Assembly (NCBI GenBank): GCA_028748975.1
Contig: JAQTPI010000004.1
Span: 14,734-78,733, forward strand
Source of the DNA: Patescibacteria group bacterium
Lineage (GTDB): Bacteria > Patescibacteriota > Patescibacteriia > UBA2196
DNA length: 64,000 nucleotides
Direction: 5' to 3'
A program made the position numbers and the translations under genes. The notes below the pieces were generated by a model that worked only from the letters and a program-made list of their open reading frames with translations, made no database searches and was not told the origin of the DNA. This document shows, one piece after another, positions 18,817 to 25,883 of the stretch. Positions within the stretch are counted from its first letter, which is position 1, and every line of letters starts with the position of its first letter.

Positions 18817-19347
18817 ATGCCAAGTAAATTATCAAAATTTTCTAAGATTTGTTTAGAGTCTTTTATTGATCTAAGTAATTTTGTAATCAGTAGTCCAATC
18901 AGTTATATTAATATTCGCAAGTTTCTTTATGGCGGCGCACCCGATGATTTTTATAAGACGTTTTATAATTTAGAAAAAGGTCATTATTTAACTACCAAAA
19001 AAAGAAATGGTCAGAAATTTTATTATTTAACTAAAAAAGGTAAAAAAATTACAACAGAGTTGCTAGTAAAATATAAGATCAAAAAACAAAAATGGGATGG
19101 CCAGTGGCGTATCTTGATTTTTGATATTCCCGAAAATAAGCGTCGTTTCCGAGATAATATGCGCCAAAGTTTATTGAATCTTGGTTTTATCAAACTCCAA
19201 AAGAGCGTCTGGATTACTCCCTATGATATTATTGATGATTTATATGAAATTATCCCTGGTTTTCGGGAAGGCGATTGGTTTGAATATGTTGAAGCCAAGC
19301 ATATTAGCAGTAAAAAGAAATTGAAAGAATATTTTAGATTGAAGTGA
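18817..19347 (+). CDS. PaaX-like protein: N-terminal winged-helix domain plus a C-terminal Cas2/VapD-like fold region.
   Basis: KTFYNLEKGHYLTTKKRNGQKFYYLTKKGKK resembles a wHTH. WRILIFDIPENKRRFRDNMRQSLLNLGFIKLQKSVWI resembles the Cas2/PaaX_C core. The track start at 18787 lies inside the palindrome, and ATG 18817 (MPSKLSK) is more plausible. Confidence 0.5.
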   Translation: MPSKLSKFSKICLESFIDLSNFVISSPISYINIRKFLYGGAPDDFYKTFYNLEKGHYLTTKKRNGQKFYYLTKKGKKITTELLVKYKIKKQKWDGQWRILIFDIPENKRRFRDNMRQSLLNLGFIKLQKSVWITPYDIIDDLYEIIPGFREGDWFEYVEAKHISSKKKLKEYFRLK

Positions 19348-19367
19348 TTTTTATTTAATAAAATTAT

Positions 19368-19407
19368 TACTCGTACAATTCTCACGATCGTGAGAATTGT
19401 ACGAGTA
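19368..19407. promoter_or_regulatory. 40-bp perfect palindrome with the same 12-bp core TCACGATCGTGA, 21 nt after the PaaX-like stop.
   Basis: 20/20 complementary arms (attactcgtacaattctcacga|tcgtgagaattgtacgagtaat). Confidence 0.6.
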
Positions 19408-19540
19408 CGAGTTGGAGGACATGGTTTTTAATAGTAATTATTAATTTTAAAAAAATGATAAATAAAAAACGGTTAATTGAAAATGATGTTGAAATTCAAT
19501 TAACCGTTTATTGAGAATCACCAAAAAATTGGTGATGAGA

Positions 19541-19612
19541 GTCGGCGGAGGGATTCGAACCCCCGAACACGGATTTGCAATCCGTGTCCTTAAACCACTC
19601 GGACACGCCGAC
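19541..19612 (-). tRNA. tRNA-Cys (GCA).
   Basis: The reverse complement folds as a cloverleaf: acceptor GTCGGCG, D-arm TGTCCGAGTGGTTTAAGGACA, anticodon stem ACGGA/TCCGT with loop TTGCAAA, and T-arm GGGGGTTCGAATCCC. Confidence 0.8.
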
Positions 19613-19623
19613 AACTCTGTCAG

Positions 19624-19698
19624 TACGCCCGGAAGGATTCGAACCTTCAACCCTTCCCCACAAGAGCGGGGTGCTCTATCCAATTGAGCTACGGGCGC
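19624..19698 (-). tRNA. tRNA with a canonical D- and T-arm but an irregular anticodon stem; the anticodon is probably CTT (Lys).
   Basis: Acceptor GCGCCCG/CGGGCGT, D-arm TAGCTCAATTGGATAGAGC and T-arm GAAGGTTCGAATCCTTC are canonical. The anticodon region CCCCG-CTCTTGT-GGGGA pairs only 3-4 bp, so the anticodon assignment is tentative. Confidence 0.5.
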
Positions 19699-19731
19699 GC
19701 TGCCATGAAATGAATTCGTCACGGCTAGCTT

Positions 19732-19808
19732 TGGCGCCACCTACGGGTTTTGAACCCGTATTCCCCGGATCAATAATCCGAAGTCTTAACCAATTAGATG
19801 AAAGCGGC
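19732..19808 (-). tRNA. tRNA-like gene with an encoded CCA and an atypical anticodon loop (TTATTGA, giving anticodon ATT); possibly a pseudo-tRNA or a non-canonical decoder.
   Basis: Acceptor GCCGCTT/AGGTGGC (two G-U pairs), a weak D-stem, anticodon stem TCGGA/TCCGG, T-arm ACGGGTTCAAAACCCGT, and a 3' GCCA end. A34 with G37 is abnormal. Confidence 0.35.
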
Positions 19809-19827
19809 TCTGCTGAAATAATTTTGT

Positions 19828-19898
19828 AGCGGGCGAGGGACTCGGACCCCAACCTTCGGTGTATCAGACCGAAACTCTGCCAATTGAGCTACGCCCGC
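19828..19898 (-). tRNA. tRNA-Ile (GAT).
   Basis: Acceptor GCGGGCG/CGCCCGC, D-arm TAGCTCAATTGGCAGAGT, anticodon stem TCGGT/ACCGA with loop CTGATAC. The T-arm is somewhat irregular. Confidence 0.7.
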
Positions 19899-19903
19899 AG
19901 TTT

Positions 19904-20054
19904 TGGTGGAGCCGGCAGGATTCGAACCTGCGACCTTTCAAACTCGTAGAATTGGCCAATTTTTCCCTCACGCGCGCTTGGGAAAATTTGGGCAATTTTT
20001 ACCCTCTTTTTTAAGGAGAGAAGTTTGAAAACTCTCCCAACTGAGCTACGGCCC
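19904..20054 (-). tRNA. tRNA with Ala-type identity elements (G3:U70, D-arm TAGCTCAGTTGGGAGAG, encoded CCA), interrupted by an about 85-nt insertion between the two halves of the anticodon stem; intron-containing or disrupted.
   Basis: 5' half GGGGCCGTAGCTCAGTTGGGAGAGTTTTCAAAC, and 3' half GTTTGAAAGGTCGCAGGTTCGAATCCTGCCGGCTCCACCA. The halves TTCAAAC/GTTTGAA pair across an insert that has its own hairpins (ttttccc...gggaaaa; the AATTGGCCAATT palindrome). Confidence 0.55.
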
Positions 20055-20208
20055 CGATTCAACACGAGAACAAAATCGTAAAATAAAGTGACTTTTTTAT
20101 TTTAACAAGGTCTAAAAAACTTGTCAAATGTGGATAAGTAATATAAAATATAATAAGTAACTACCAATAAATAATAAGGGAAAAAATGAATAATCCCAAT
20201 GTTATTTT

Positions 20209-20502
20209 ATGCTAACACAAGAAGAAGTAAAACATATTGCGGATTTGGCGCGACTGGAACTGGTGCCGGAAGAGATTGAAAAATACCAAACACAGTTGGG
20301 GCGGATTTTGGATTATATAAATAAATTGGCGGAAGCCAAAACAGAAGGGGTGTCGACGGCGGATGGGGGAACGACGGATTTGGAAAACGTGTGGAGGACA
20401 GATGAAAAATCAGAAATTGGAAATCAGAAATCAGGTACGGATTTAATAAAAATGGCAGGAGAGGTGGAAGGAGGACAGGTGAAGGTGAAGAGTGTGTTTT
20501 AA
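20209..20502 (+). CDS. gatC: Asp/Glu-tRNA amidotransferase subunit C.
   Basis: MLTQEEVKHIADLARLELVPEEIEKYQTQLGRILDYINKL matches the GatC N-terminal pattern, and the gene sits immediately upstream of gatA. Confidence 0.85.
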   Translation: MLTQEEVKHIADLARLELVPEEIEKYQTQLGRILDYINKLAEAKTEGVSTADGGTTDLENVWRTDEKSEIGNQKSGTDLIKMAGEVEGGQVKVKSVF

Positions 20503-20611
20503 ACCATGAAAGCATGAAAACATAAAAGCATTAAAGCAAAAATAGTAATTAAAAATAAAGGTTAGTTGTTTTTGTTTTCATGTTTTAATGCTCTAATATT
20601 TTAATGTTGGT

Positions 20612-22030
20612 ATGATAAAAGAATTACATAATAAATTAATAAACAAAGAAATTTCGGCGGTGGAACTCACGACCGAGTATTTGGCGCGGGCTAAAAAATC
20701 AGATTTGAACGCTTTTATTACGATTACGGAAAGTGAAGCACTGGAACAAGCGGCGGTAGTGGACGAAGCGATTGAGAGAGGCGAAGAAATTCCGCTTTTG
20801 GCCGGCATACCGGCTTCCATTAAGGATTTATTAATGACAGAAGGCGTGCGCACGACCGCGGCTTCCAAAATTTTAGAAAATTATATCGCGCCTTATGACG
20901 CCACAGTGGTGAAAAAATTAAAAGAAAACGGTCTGGTCATGATTGGCAAAAACAACTGCGATGAATTTGCCATGGGGTCTTCCACCGAAAATTCAGCTTT
21001 TGGTCCGACTAAAAATCCTTATGACAAAACGCGAGTTGCGGGCGGCACTTCCGGCGGCTCCGCCGCCGCCGTAGCTAGTGATTTGTCCATCTATTCTATT
21101 GGCACGGACACTGGTGGCTCGGTGCGCCAACCAGCTGCTTTTTGTGGCGTGGTGGGAATGAAACCGACTTATGGGGCAGTTTCTCGTTTTGGGCTTATTG
21201 CTGACGCGTCATCACTGGATCAAGTCGGAGTGATTGCCAAAAGCGTGGAAGACGCGGAAATTGTTTTTAATGCTATTAAAGGGAAAGATGAGAGGGACGC
21301 GACTTCGACATTAAAACATGAAAACATTAAAACATTAAAACAAAACAATGGATTAAGGGGCATTAAAATTGGAATACCGAAAGAATATTTCAGCGAGGGT
21401 ATTGATCAGGAAGTGGGCGAGGCAATAGCTGATTTTATTAAACGGGCCAAAGATTTGGGCGCGGAAATTGTGGAAATAAGTTTGCCGCATATGGAGTATG
21501 CTTTGACCGTTTATTATATTATTCAGCCGGCCGAAGCCAGCGCGAATTTGGCACGTTATGACGGAGTTAGATACGGTAAATTAACAATTAACAATAAACA
21601 ATCAACAAATAACCAATTAATTGATATTTACAAAAAGACGCGGGCGGAGTTTTTGGGGCCGGAAGTGAAACGTAGAATAATGCTCGGGACATACGCTCTA
21701 TCTGCCGGCTACTATGATGCTTATTACAAAAAAGCGCAGCAGGTCCGGACTTTAATTCGAGAAGATTTTAAGAAAGCATTTGAGGAAGTGAATCTGATTT
21801 TCGCGCCAACCGCGCCGCATCCGGCTTGGAAAATTGGCGAAAAAATTGACGATCCCTTGGCAATGTATTTGGAAGATATTTTCACAGTGCCGGTTAATAT
21901 CGCAGGTTTGCCAGCACTGTCAGTGCCGGCCGGTATCACTAAAGCGGGGCTGCCAATTGGCGCGCAGATTATTGGTGGTTGGGGAAAAGAGGAAGAAATA
22001 TTTCAGGCGGGGAAAACGTTAGAGTTATAG
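20612..22030 (+). CDS. gatA: Glutamyl-tRNA(Gln) amidotransferase subunit A (amidase signature family).
   Basis: Gly/Ser-rich amidase signature GGSSGGSAAAVAS...GTDTGGSVRQPAAFCGVVGMKPTYG, and a Ser-cisSer-Lys triad context. Length is 472 aa. It contains short in-frame AT-rich repeat insertions (STLKHENIKTLKQNN; TINNKQSTNNQ). Confidence 0.95.
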   Translation: MIKELHNKLINKEISAVELTTEYLARAKKSDLNAFITITESEALEQAAVVDEAIERGEEIPLLAGIPASIKDLLMTEGVRTTAASKILENYIAPYDATVVKKLKENGLVMIGKNNCDEFAMGSSTENSAFGPTKNPYDKTRVAGGTSGGSAAAVASDLSIYSIGTDTGGSVRQPAAFCGVVGMKPTYGAVSRFGLIADASSLDQVGVIAKSVEDAEIVFNAIKGKDERDATSTLKHENIKTLKQNNGLRGIKIGIPKEYFSEGIDQEVGEAIADFIKRAKDLGAEIVEISLPHMEYALTVYYIIQPAEASANLARYDGVRYGKLTINNKQSTNNQLIDIYKKTRAEFLGPEVKRRIMLGTYALSAGYYDAYYKKAQQVRTLIREDFKKAFEEVNLIFAPTAPHPAWKIGEKIDDPLAMYLEDIFTVPVNIAGLPALSVPAGITKAGLPIGAQIIGGWGKEEEIFQAGKTLEL

Positions 22031-22113
22031 CCAAAAAACCTGGATTTGGTTTAGTGCTTGACATTTGGGTTTGAATTATTTTTTGTTTGTGTTAAAATTA
22101 AGTAATAAAATTT

Positions 22114-22186
22114 ACGAGATCCCTCGGCTCCCCGCCTAAATTTTTGCCCCGCAAAAATTTAGGCGGGTCGCTCGGGATAAACTAAA
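22114..22186. repeat. Family-A palindromic element (acgagatccctcg ... cgctcgggataaacta) with the internal hairpin ccgcctaaatttttgc/cccgcaaaaatttaggcgg.
   Basis: Its ends match the consensus of the other copies. Confidence 0.8.
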
Positions 22187-22192
22187 AACTTT

Positions 22193-22441
22193 ATGCATAT
22201 CAGAATCTATTCCACCCCGGCTTGCGGCTATTGTCGACTGGCCAAAGAATTTTTGAAAAGCAAAAACATGGAGTTTGAAGATGTGGACGTGATGGCTGAT
22301 GAAAAAGCGGCCGAAGAAATGATCAAGCTTTCCGGACAGATGGGCGTGCCGGTAATTGTCGTGACCAAAGATGACAGCTCGCAGGAAATTTTGGTGGGGT
22401 TTCAGGAAGAAAAACTTAAGCAAATATTAAAAATTAACTAA
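22193..22441 (+). CDS. Glutaredoxin/NrdH-like small redox protein.
   Basis: 82 aa, with the CGYC active-site motif near the N-terminus (IYSTPACGYCRLAKEFL) and GVPVIVV. Confidence 0.75.
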   Translation: MHIRIYSTPACGYCRLAKEFLKSKNMEFEDVDVMADEKAAEEMIKLSGQMGVPVIVVTKDDSSQEILVGFQEEKLKQILKIN

Positions 22442-22528
22442 CTGCGAATTTTGCGAATTACGGCGAATTGTGCGAATAGAGGATTATTCGTGAAATTAGC
22501 CTAAATTAGCAATATTAGCATCAAACAT

Positions 22529-23257
22529 ATGCCAGAAGAAACAAAAGAAACAAAAGCGCCAAAGACAGCCAAGTCGCCGAATCAATTTATGTTTGGTTTG
22601 GTGTCGGGCGTGGCCGTGATCGCGGTAATTGGCGCGGCAATTTTTGGAGTGATGTATTTTAAGGACAAAAAAAATGGCAATGTGGCCGGTGTAAACACCA
22701 ATAATCAACAACAACAGGCCCAGGAACAGCCGACGGCCAAACCATTTACGGCGCAGATTGCCGAGACCGACCACGTGCTTGGCAACAAAGACGCCAAAGT
22801 GAAAATTTTTGAATTTTCCGATTTTCAATGTCCCTATTGCGCGCGTTTTCATGAAGCGATGAAGGAATTGGTCAAAGCCTATCCCAATGACGTGGCTTGG
22901 GTTTTCAAAAATTTTCCAATTGAATCGCATCCGCTTGGTTTGCCAGGTGCTCTCGCGGCCGAATGCGCGGGCGAACAGGGCAAATTTTTTGAAATGGCTG
23001 ACAAAATTTTTGCCGGACAGACCAGTTTAACGACTGATAGTTTTAATACTTTCGCAACCGAATTAGGTTTAGATTTAACTAAATTTAAATCTTGCGTGGC
23101 CGAAGAAAAGCCGAAAAATAAAATCATCGCGGATTATCAGTTAGGGATTGATTCGGGCGTCGAGGGCACACCGACCAGTTTTGTGAATGGGGAAGCAGTA
23201 CCGGGCGCACTGCCGCTGGAAAGCTTAAAACAAATGGTTGATAAATTACTGAAGTAA
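22529..23257 (+). CDS. Membrane-anchored DsbA-like thiol:disulfide oxidoreductase.
   Basis: N-terminal TM helix, Gln-rich linker, and a thioredoxin fold with CPYC (FSDFQCPYCARFHE). Confidence 0.75.
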   Translation: MPEETKETKAPKTAKSPNQFMFGLVSGVAVIAVIGAAIFGVMYFKDKKNGNVAGVNTNNQQQQAQEQPTAKPFTAQIAETDHVLGNKDAKVKIFEFSDFQCPYCARFHEAMKELVKAYPNDVAWVFKNFPIESHPLGLPGALAAECAGEQGKFFEMADKIFAGQTSLTTDSFNTFATELGLDLTKFKSCVAEEKPKNKIIADYQLGIDSGVEGTPTSFVNGEAVPGALPLESLKQMVDKLLK

Positions 23258-23261
23258 GTTT

Positions 23262-23610
23262 TTCTTTTGCCACCTTTTTATAAAGGTGGCGCCAAAATCG
23301 CCGCTGTAAAAAAGTAGTTTTTATGCCCCTTTCTTTGGACAAAGACTTTTTTCCGTTCTTTTTTTAGAAAAAAGAACCAAAAAAGCGCCGCCAGCAAAAA
23401 AGCTTCCACAAAATCGGCTGCGTCCTCGCTAAACCCGTTAACTCCTTGTTCCGCCTCGTCCTGATGGACTTCGGCGGAACTGCGTCAGACAGAAGCGGGT
23501 TTTTCTCCGCCCCGGGCGGAGAACCGCTCCGACTTAGCTCGATTTTGTCGGGAACCTTTTTTGAAGCGGCAGTCGCAACGATGACATAATTGTTTTAATG
23601 TTTTAATGAC
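23262..23610. repeat. Long non-coding leader upstream of lgt; homologous to the leader upstream of ftsW (36800..37072).
   Basis: Blocks are shared in order: ttgccacctttttaNtaaaaggtggcgccaaaa.cgccgctgtaaaaaag ; gttaactcct ; cgtcagacagaagc ; ggcggcagtcgcRacgatRa ; ttttaatgttttaatg ATG. Confidence 0.6.
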
Positions 23611-24687
23611 TTGATGTTTTTACATAATTATATTCCCAATCCAATTTTACTTGATTTAGGATTTTATCAAATCCGCTGGTATGGCCTTATTTTAGCGTTG
23701 GCCGTGGCTGGCGGATTTTTTATTCTTGCCCGCCTTCGCCGCTACGGTCAAGCCGGCGGCTATGGCGGGCAAGTTTCTGATCTTTTTACCAAAGACAATT
23801 TTTTTAATCTATTATTTTGGGTTGCGATTTGGGGAATTATCGGCGGAAGGTTGGTTCATGTTTTAACTTTTTTTGATTATTACTGGCAGCGGCCGCTGCA
23901 GATACTCGCAATTTGGAACGGGGGAATCGCTTTCTATGGCGTGTTTGCTGGTGGGTTAATTGCGGCAGGGGTTTTGACGCGCCGTGTCATCCTGAGCGAA
24001 GCCCGAATCCGCCAGCTGGCGGAGAGGGCGAAGCCGAAGGATTCCTCATACTTTCCATATGATAAAGGCGAAGGCCCGCCCGCCATGACTTCGTCAAGGC
24101 GAAGTCGGGCGGGGATTCATCGCTCCGCTCGGAATGACAAGAAAAACAAAACCATTATTCATCATTCATTATTCATTATTCTTGATGCCCTCGTCGTCGG
24201 CTTGGCTTTCGGCCAATTCATCGGCCGGTGGGGAAATTGGTTTAATCAGGAGCTTTTTGGAGGGCCAACGAATTTGCCTTGGGGAATTCCGATTGATATT
24301 TGGCATAGGCCAGTCGGCTTGGAAAATTTTACTTACTTTCATCCAATTTTTTTGTATGAGAGTCTGTTTTCTTTGGTTTTGTTTTTGGGGTTGTATTTTT
24401 TATACAAAAAAATACATTGTCATTTCGGGCCGAGACCCGGAATCCAGGAGAGTGGATCCCGGATCGGAGTCCGGGATGACAAGGCGGGTTTTGTTTTCTC
24501 CGCTTTTTTAATCTTCCATTCCACTGCCCGGTTTTTTTTGGAGTTTTTGCGCCTTGACGCGCAGCCGGAGTTTTTGGGTCTGTGCCTTTTCCAGTGGGTG
24601 GCGATAATAGAATTTATTTTGGGGTGGGTTGTGTATTTTTATGTTAGGGTGTGGTATAATAAAAGTAAGCTACGAATTTACGAATAA
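23611..24687 (+). CDS. lgt: Prolipoprotein diacylglyceryl transferase carrying two in-frame palindromic-element insertions.
   Basis: Lgt hallmarks are present (WYGLILALAVAGG, GGRLVHVL, WNGGIAFYGVFAGG, GRWGNWFNQELFGG, FLRLDAQPEF). They are interrupted by an about 50-aa insert (VILSEARIRQ...NDKKNKT) and an about 20-aa insert (GPRPGIQESGSRIGVRDDKAGF), encoded by family-A elements. Confidence 0.85.
   Translation: MMFLHNYIPNPILLDLGFYQIRWYGLILALAVAGGFFILARLRRYGQAGGYGGQVSDLFTKDNFFNLLFWVAIWGIIGGRLVHVLTFFDYYWQRPLQILAIWNGGIAFYGVFAGGLIAAGVLTRRVILSEARIRQLAERAKPKDSSYFPYDKGEGPPAMTSSRRSRAGIHRSARNDKKNKTIIHHSLFIILDALVVGLAFGQFIGRWGNWFNQELFGGPTNLPWGIPIDIWHRPVGLENFTYFHPIFLYESLFSLVLFLGLYFLYKKIHCHFGPRPGIQESGSRIGVRDDKAGFVFSAFLIFHSTARFFLEFLRLDAQPEFLGLCLFQWVAIIEFILGWVVYFYVRVWYNKSKLRIYE
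23984..24141. repeat. Composite of two family-A palindromic elements inserted in-frame in lgt.
   Basis: gtcatcctgagcgaagcc...ccgccagctggcgg...cgaaggattcct and ...ggattcatcgctccgctcggaatgacaa. No stop codons are present in the lgt frame. Confidence 0.75.
24426..24486. repeat. Family-A palindromic element inserted in-frame in lgt (second site).
   Basis: gggccgagacccggaatccaggagagtggatcccggatcggagtccgggatgacaa. Confidence 0.7.
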
Positions 24688-24776
24688 AACGAATGTACGA
24701 ATAAAGCGCAGAAACTTACCGCTATTCGTATATTCGTAGGATTTGTACATTCGTAAATAAAATTATTATTAATTTT

Positions 24777-25505
24777 ATGAAACCAAAAATTTTATTGATC
24801 GTTATTTTAGGTCTTTTTCTAACCCTTGGCACAGCGAATTTTGCTTTGGCTGATTGTAATTGCCAGTGTGAACAAAACGCACCAATAACTAGGGTAAAAG
24901 ATTTGATTACTTGTCGATCAAGTTGTCCAACACCGGCATCTGGAATTCCAGTAGAATGTCCAGTAATAAACGATAATCAGTGTGTTTGTGTTTGTAATAG
25001 TGGTTTATTAAGACATTTAACAGAACCTGGATCAGATTGTTCGACGGTCTGTTCTTCTGCTCAGGGAATAAATCAACCACAAACAACATGCGGATTAGCT
25101 ACTGCAAAGGATTGCATATGTTCTGATGGAACAAGAATGGGAAAAGTAATTTTTGACGAAGACTGTAAATCGAGATGCGCGGCTGCCGTGAATAATACTA
25201 GTGCTTCGGCTGGCGGCACACCAAATTCACAAGTTGAGCCGAGTACCCTCAGTAATCCACTGGGAGAGGTAAAGAGTGTTTCGCAGATTGCTGGGAAAAT
25301 CATCCAGGTAATAATTAGTTTACTGGGCGTGATTTCTTTATGTATGTTTATTTTTGCCGGTTTCACCTGGCTCACGGCCGGCGGCCGACCGGACGCTGTT
25401 AAGAAGGGCAGGGAAACAATGATTTGGGCGGTGGCGGGTTTGGCCGTGGTGTTTTCCAGTTATATTATTTTGAAGTTTGTATTTAAGATTTTGAGTGGTT
25501 TTTAG
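24777..25505 (+). CDS. Secreted Cys-rich protein with a C-terminal double-TM pilin-like (TrbC/VirB2-like) module.
   Basis: Signal peptide, about 24 Cys in the central region, and the C-terminal IAGKIIQVIISLLGVISLCMFIFAGFTWLTAGGRPDAVKKGRETMIWAVAGLAVVFSSYIIL, which resembles the VirB2/TrbC two-helix topology. Confidence 0.5.
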   Translation: MKPKILLIVILGLFLTLGTANFALADCNCQCEQNAPITRVKDLITCRSSCPTPASGIPVECPVINDNQCVCVCNSGLLRHLTEPGSDCSTVCSSAQGINQPQTTCGLATAKDCICSDGTRMGKVIFDEDCKSRCAAAVNNTSASAGGTPNSQVEPSTLSNPLGEVKSVSQIAGKIIQVIISLLGVISLCMFIFAGFTWLTAGGRPDAVKKGRETMIWAVAGLAVVFSSYIILKFVFKILSGF

Positions 25506-25588
25506 TATTTTTTATTATAATTTAATTAGAAAAGGTTAATCAATTAAGGTTGGAAATTCTTTTTAGAATCTCCACGGAAAGAAAAAAT

Positions 25589-25762
25589 ATGGAAATGTTA
25601 GTCGTTGCCTCCAAAGTCAAAGCTTTTATTAAGGAAAAAGGCTGCCACACCTCTGGCGAACTGACCGACGCTTTGAATGTTAAAGTGGCGGAAATGTTAA
25701 CTGAAGCTGTAAAACGCACCCAAGGCAACAAAAGAAGCACGGTTAAAGATGTGGATCTATAG
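25589..25762 (+). CDS. Small hypothetical protein (58 aa).
   Basis: The ORF has a weak SD. There is a start ambiguity: the track start at 25550 versus the internal ATGs at 25589 and 25595. Confidence 0.3.
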   Translation: MEMLVVASKVKAFIKEKGCHTSGELTDALNVKVAEMLTEAVKRTQGNKRSTVKDVDL

Positions 25763-25883
25763 GGAAGACGCAGAAGGCCACGCGGAACCACACGGAAGAA
25801 ATAATTTATGTTTTTAGAAACCCCCTTAATGGGGGTTTAATTTTCCTTGCTATTGAACAGCGTTTATTCTATAATAAGTCTGT

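Noticed and set aside
19937-20020. Group I intron in the tRNA at 19904..20054.
   Set aside because: The insert is only about 85 nt with no recognisable P/Q/R/S core elements. Group I introns are several hundred nt. It is left as an unexplained insertion or possible novel intron.
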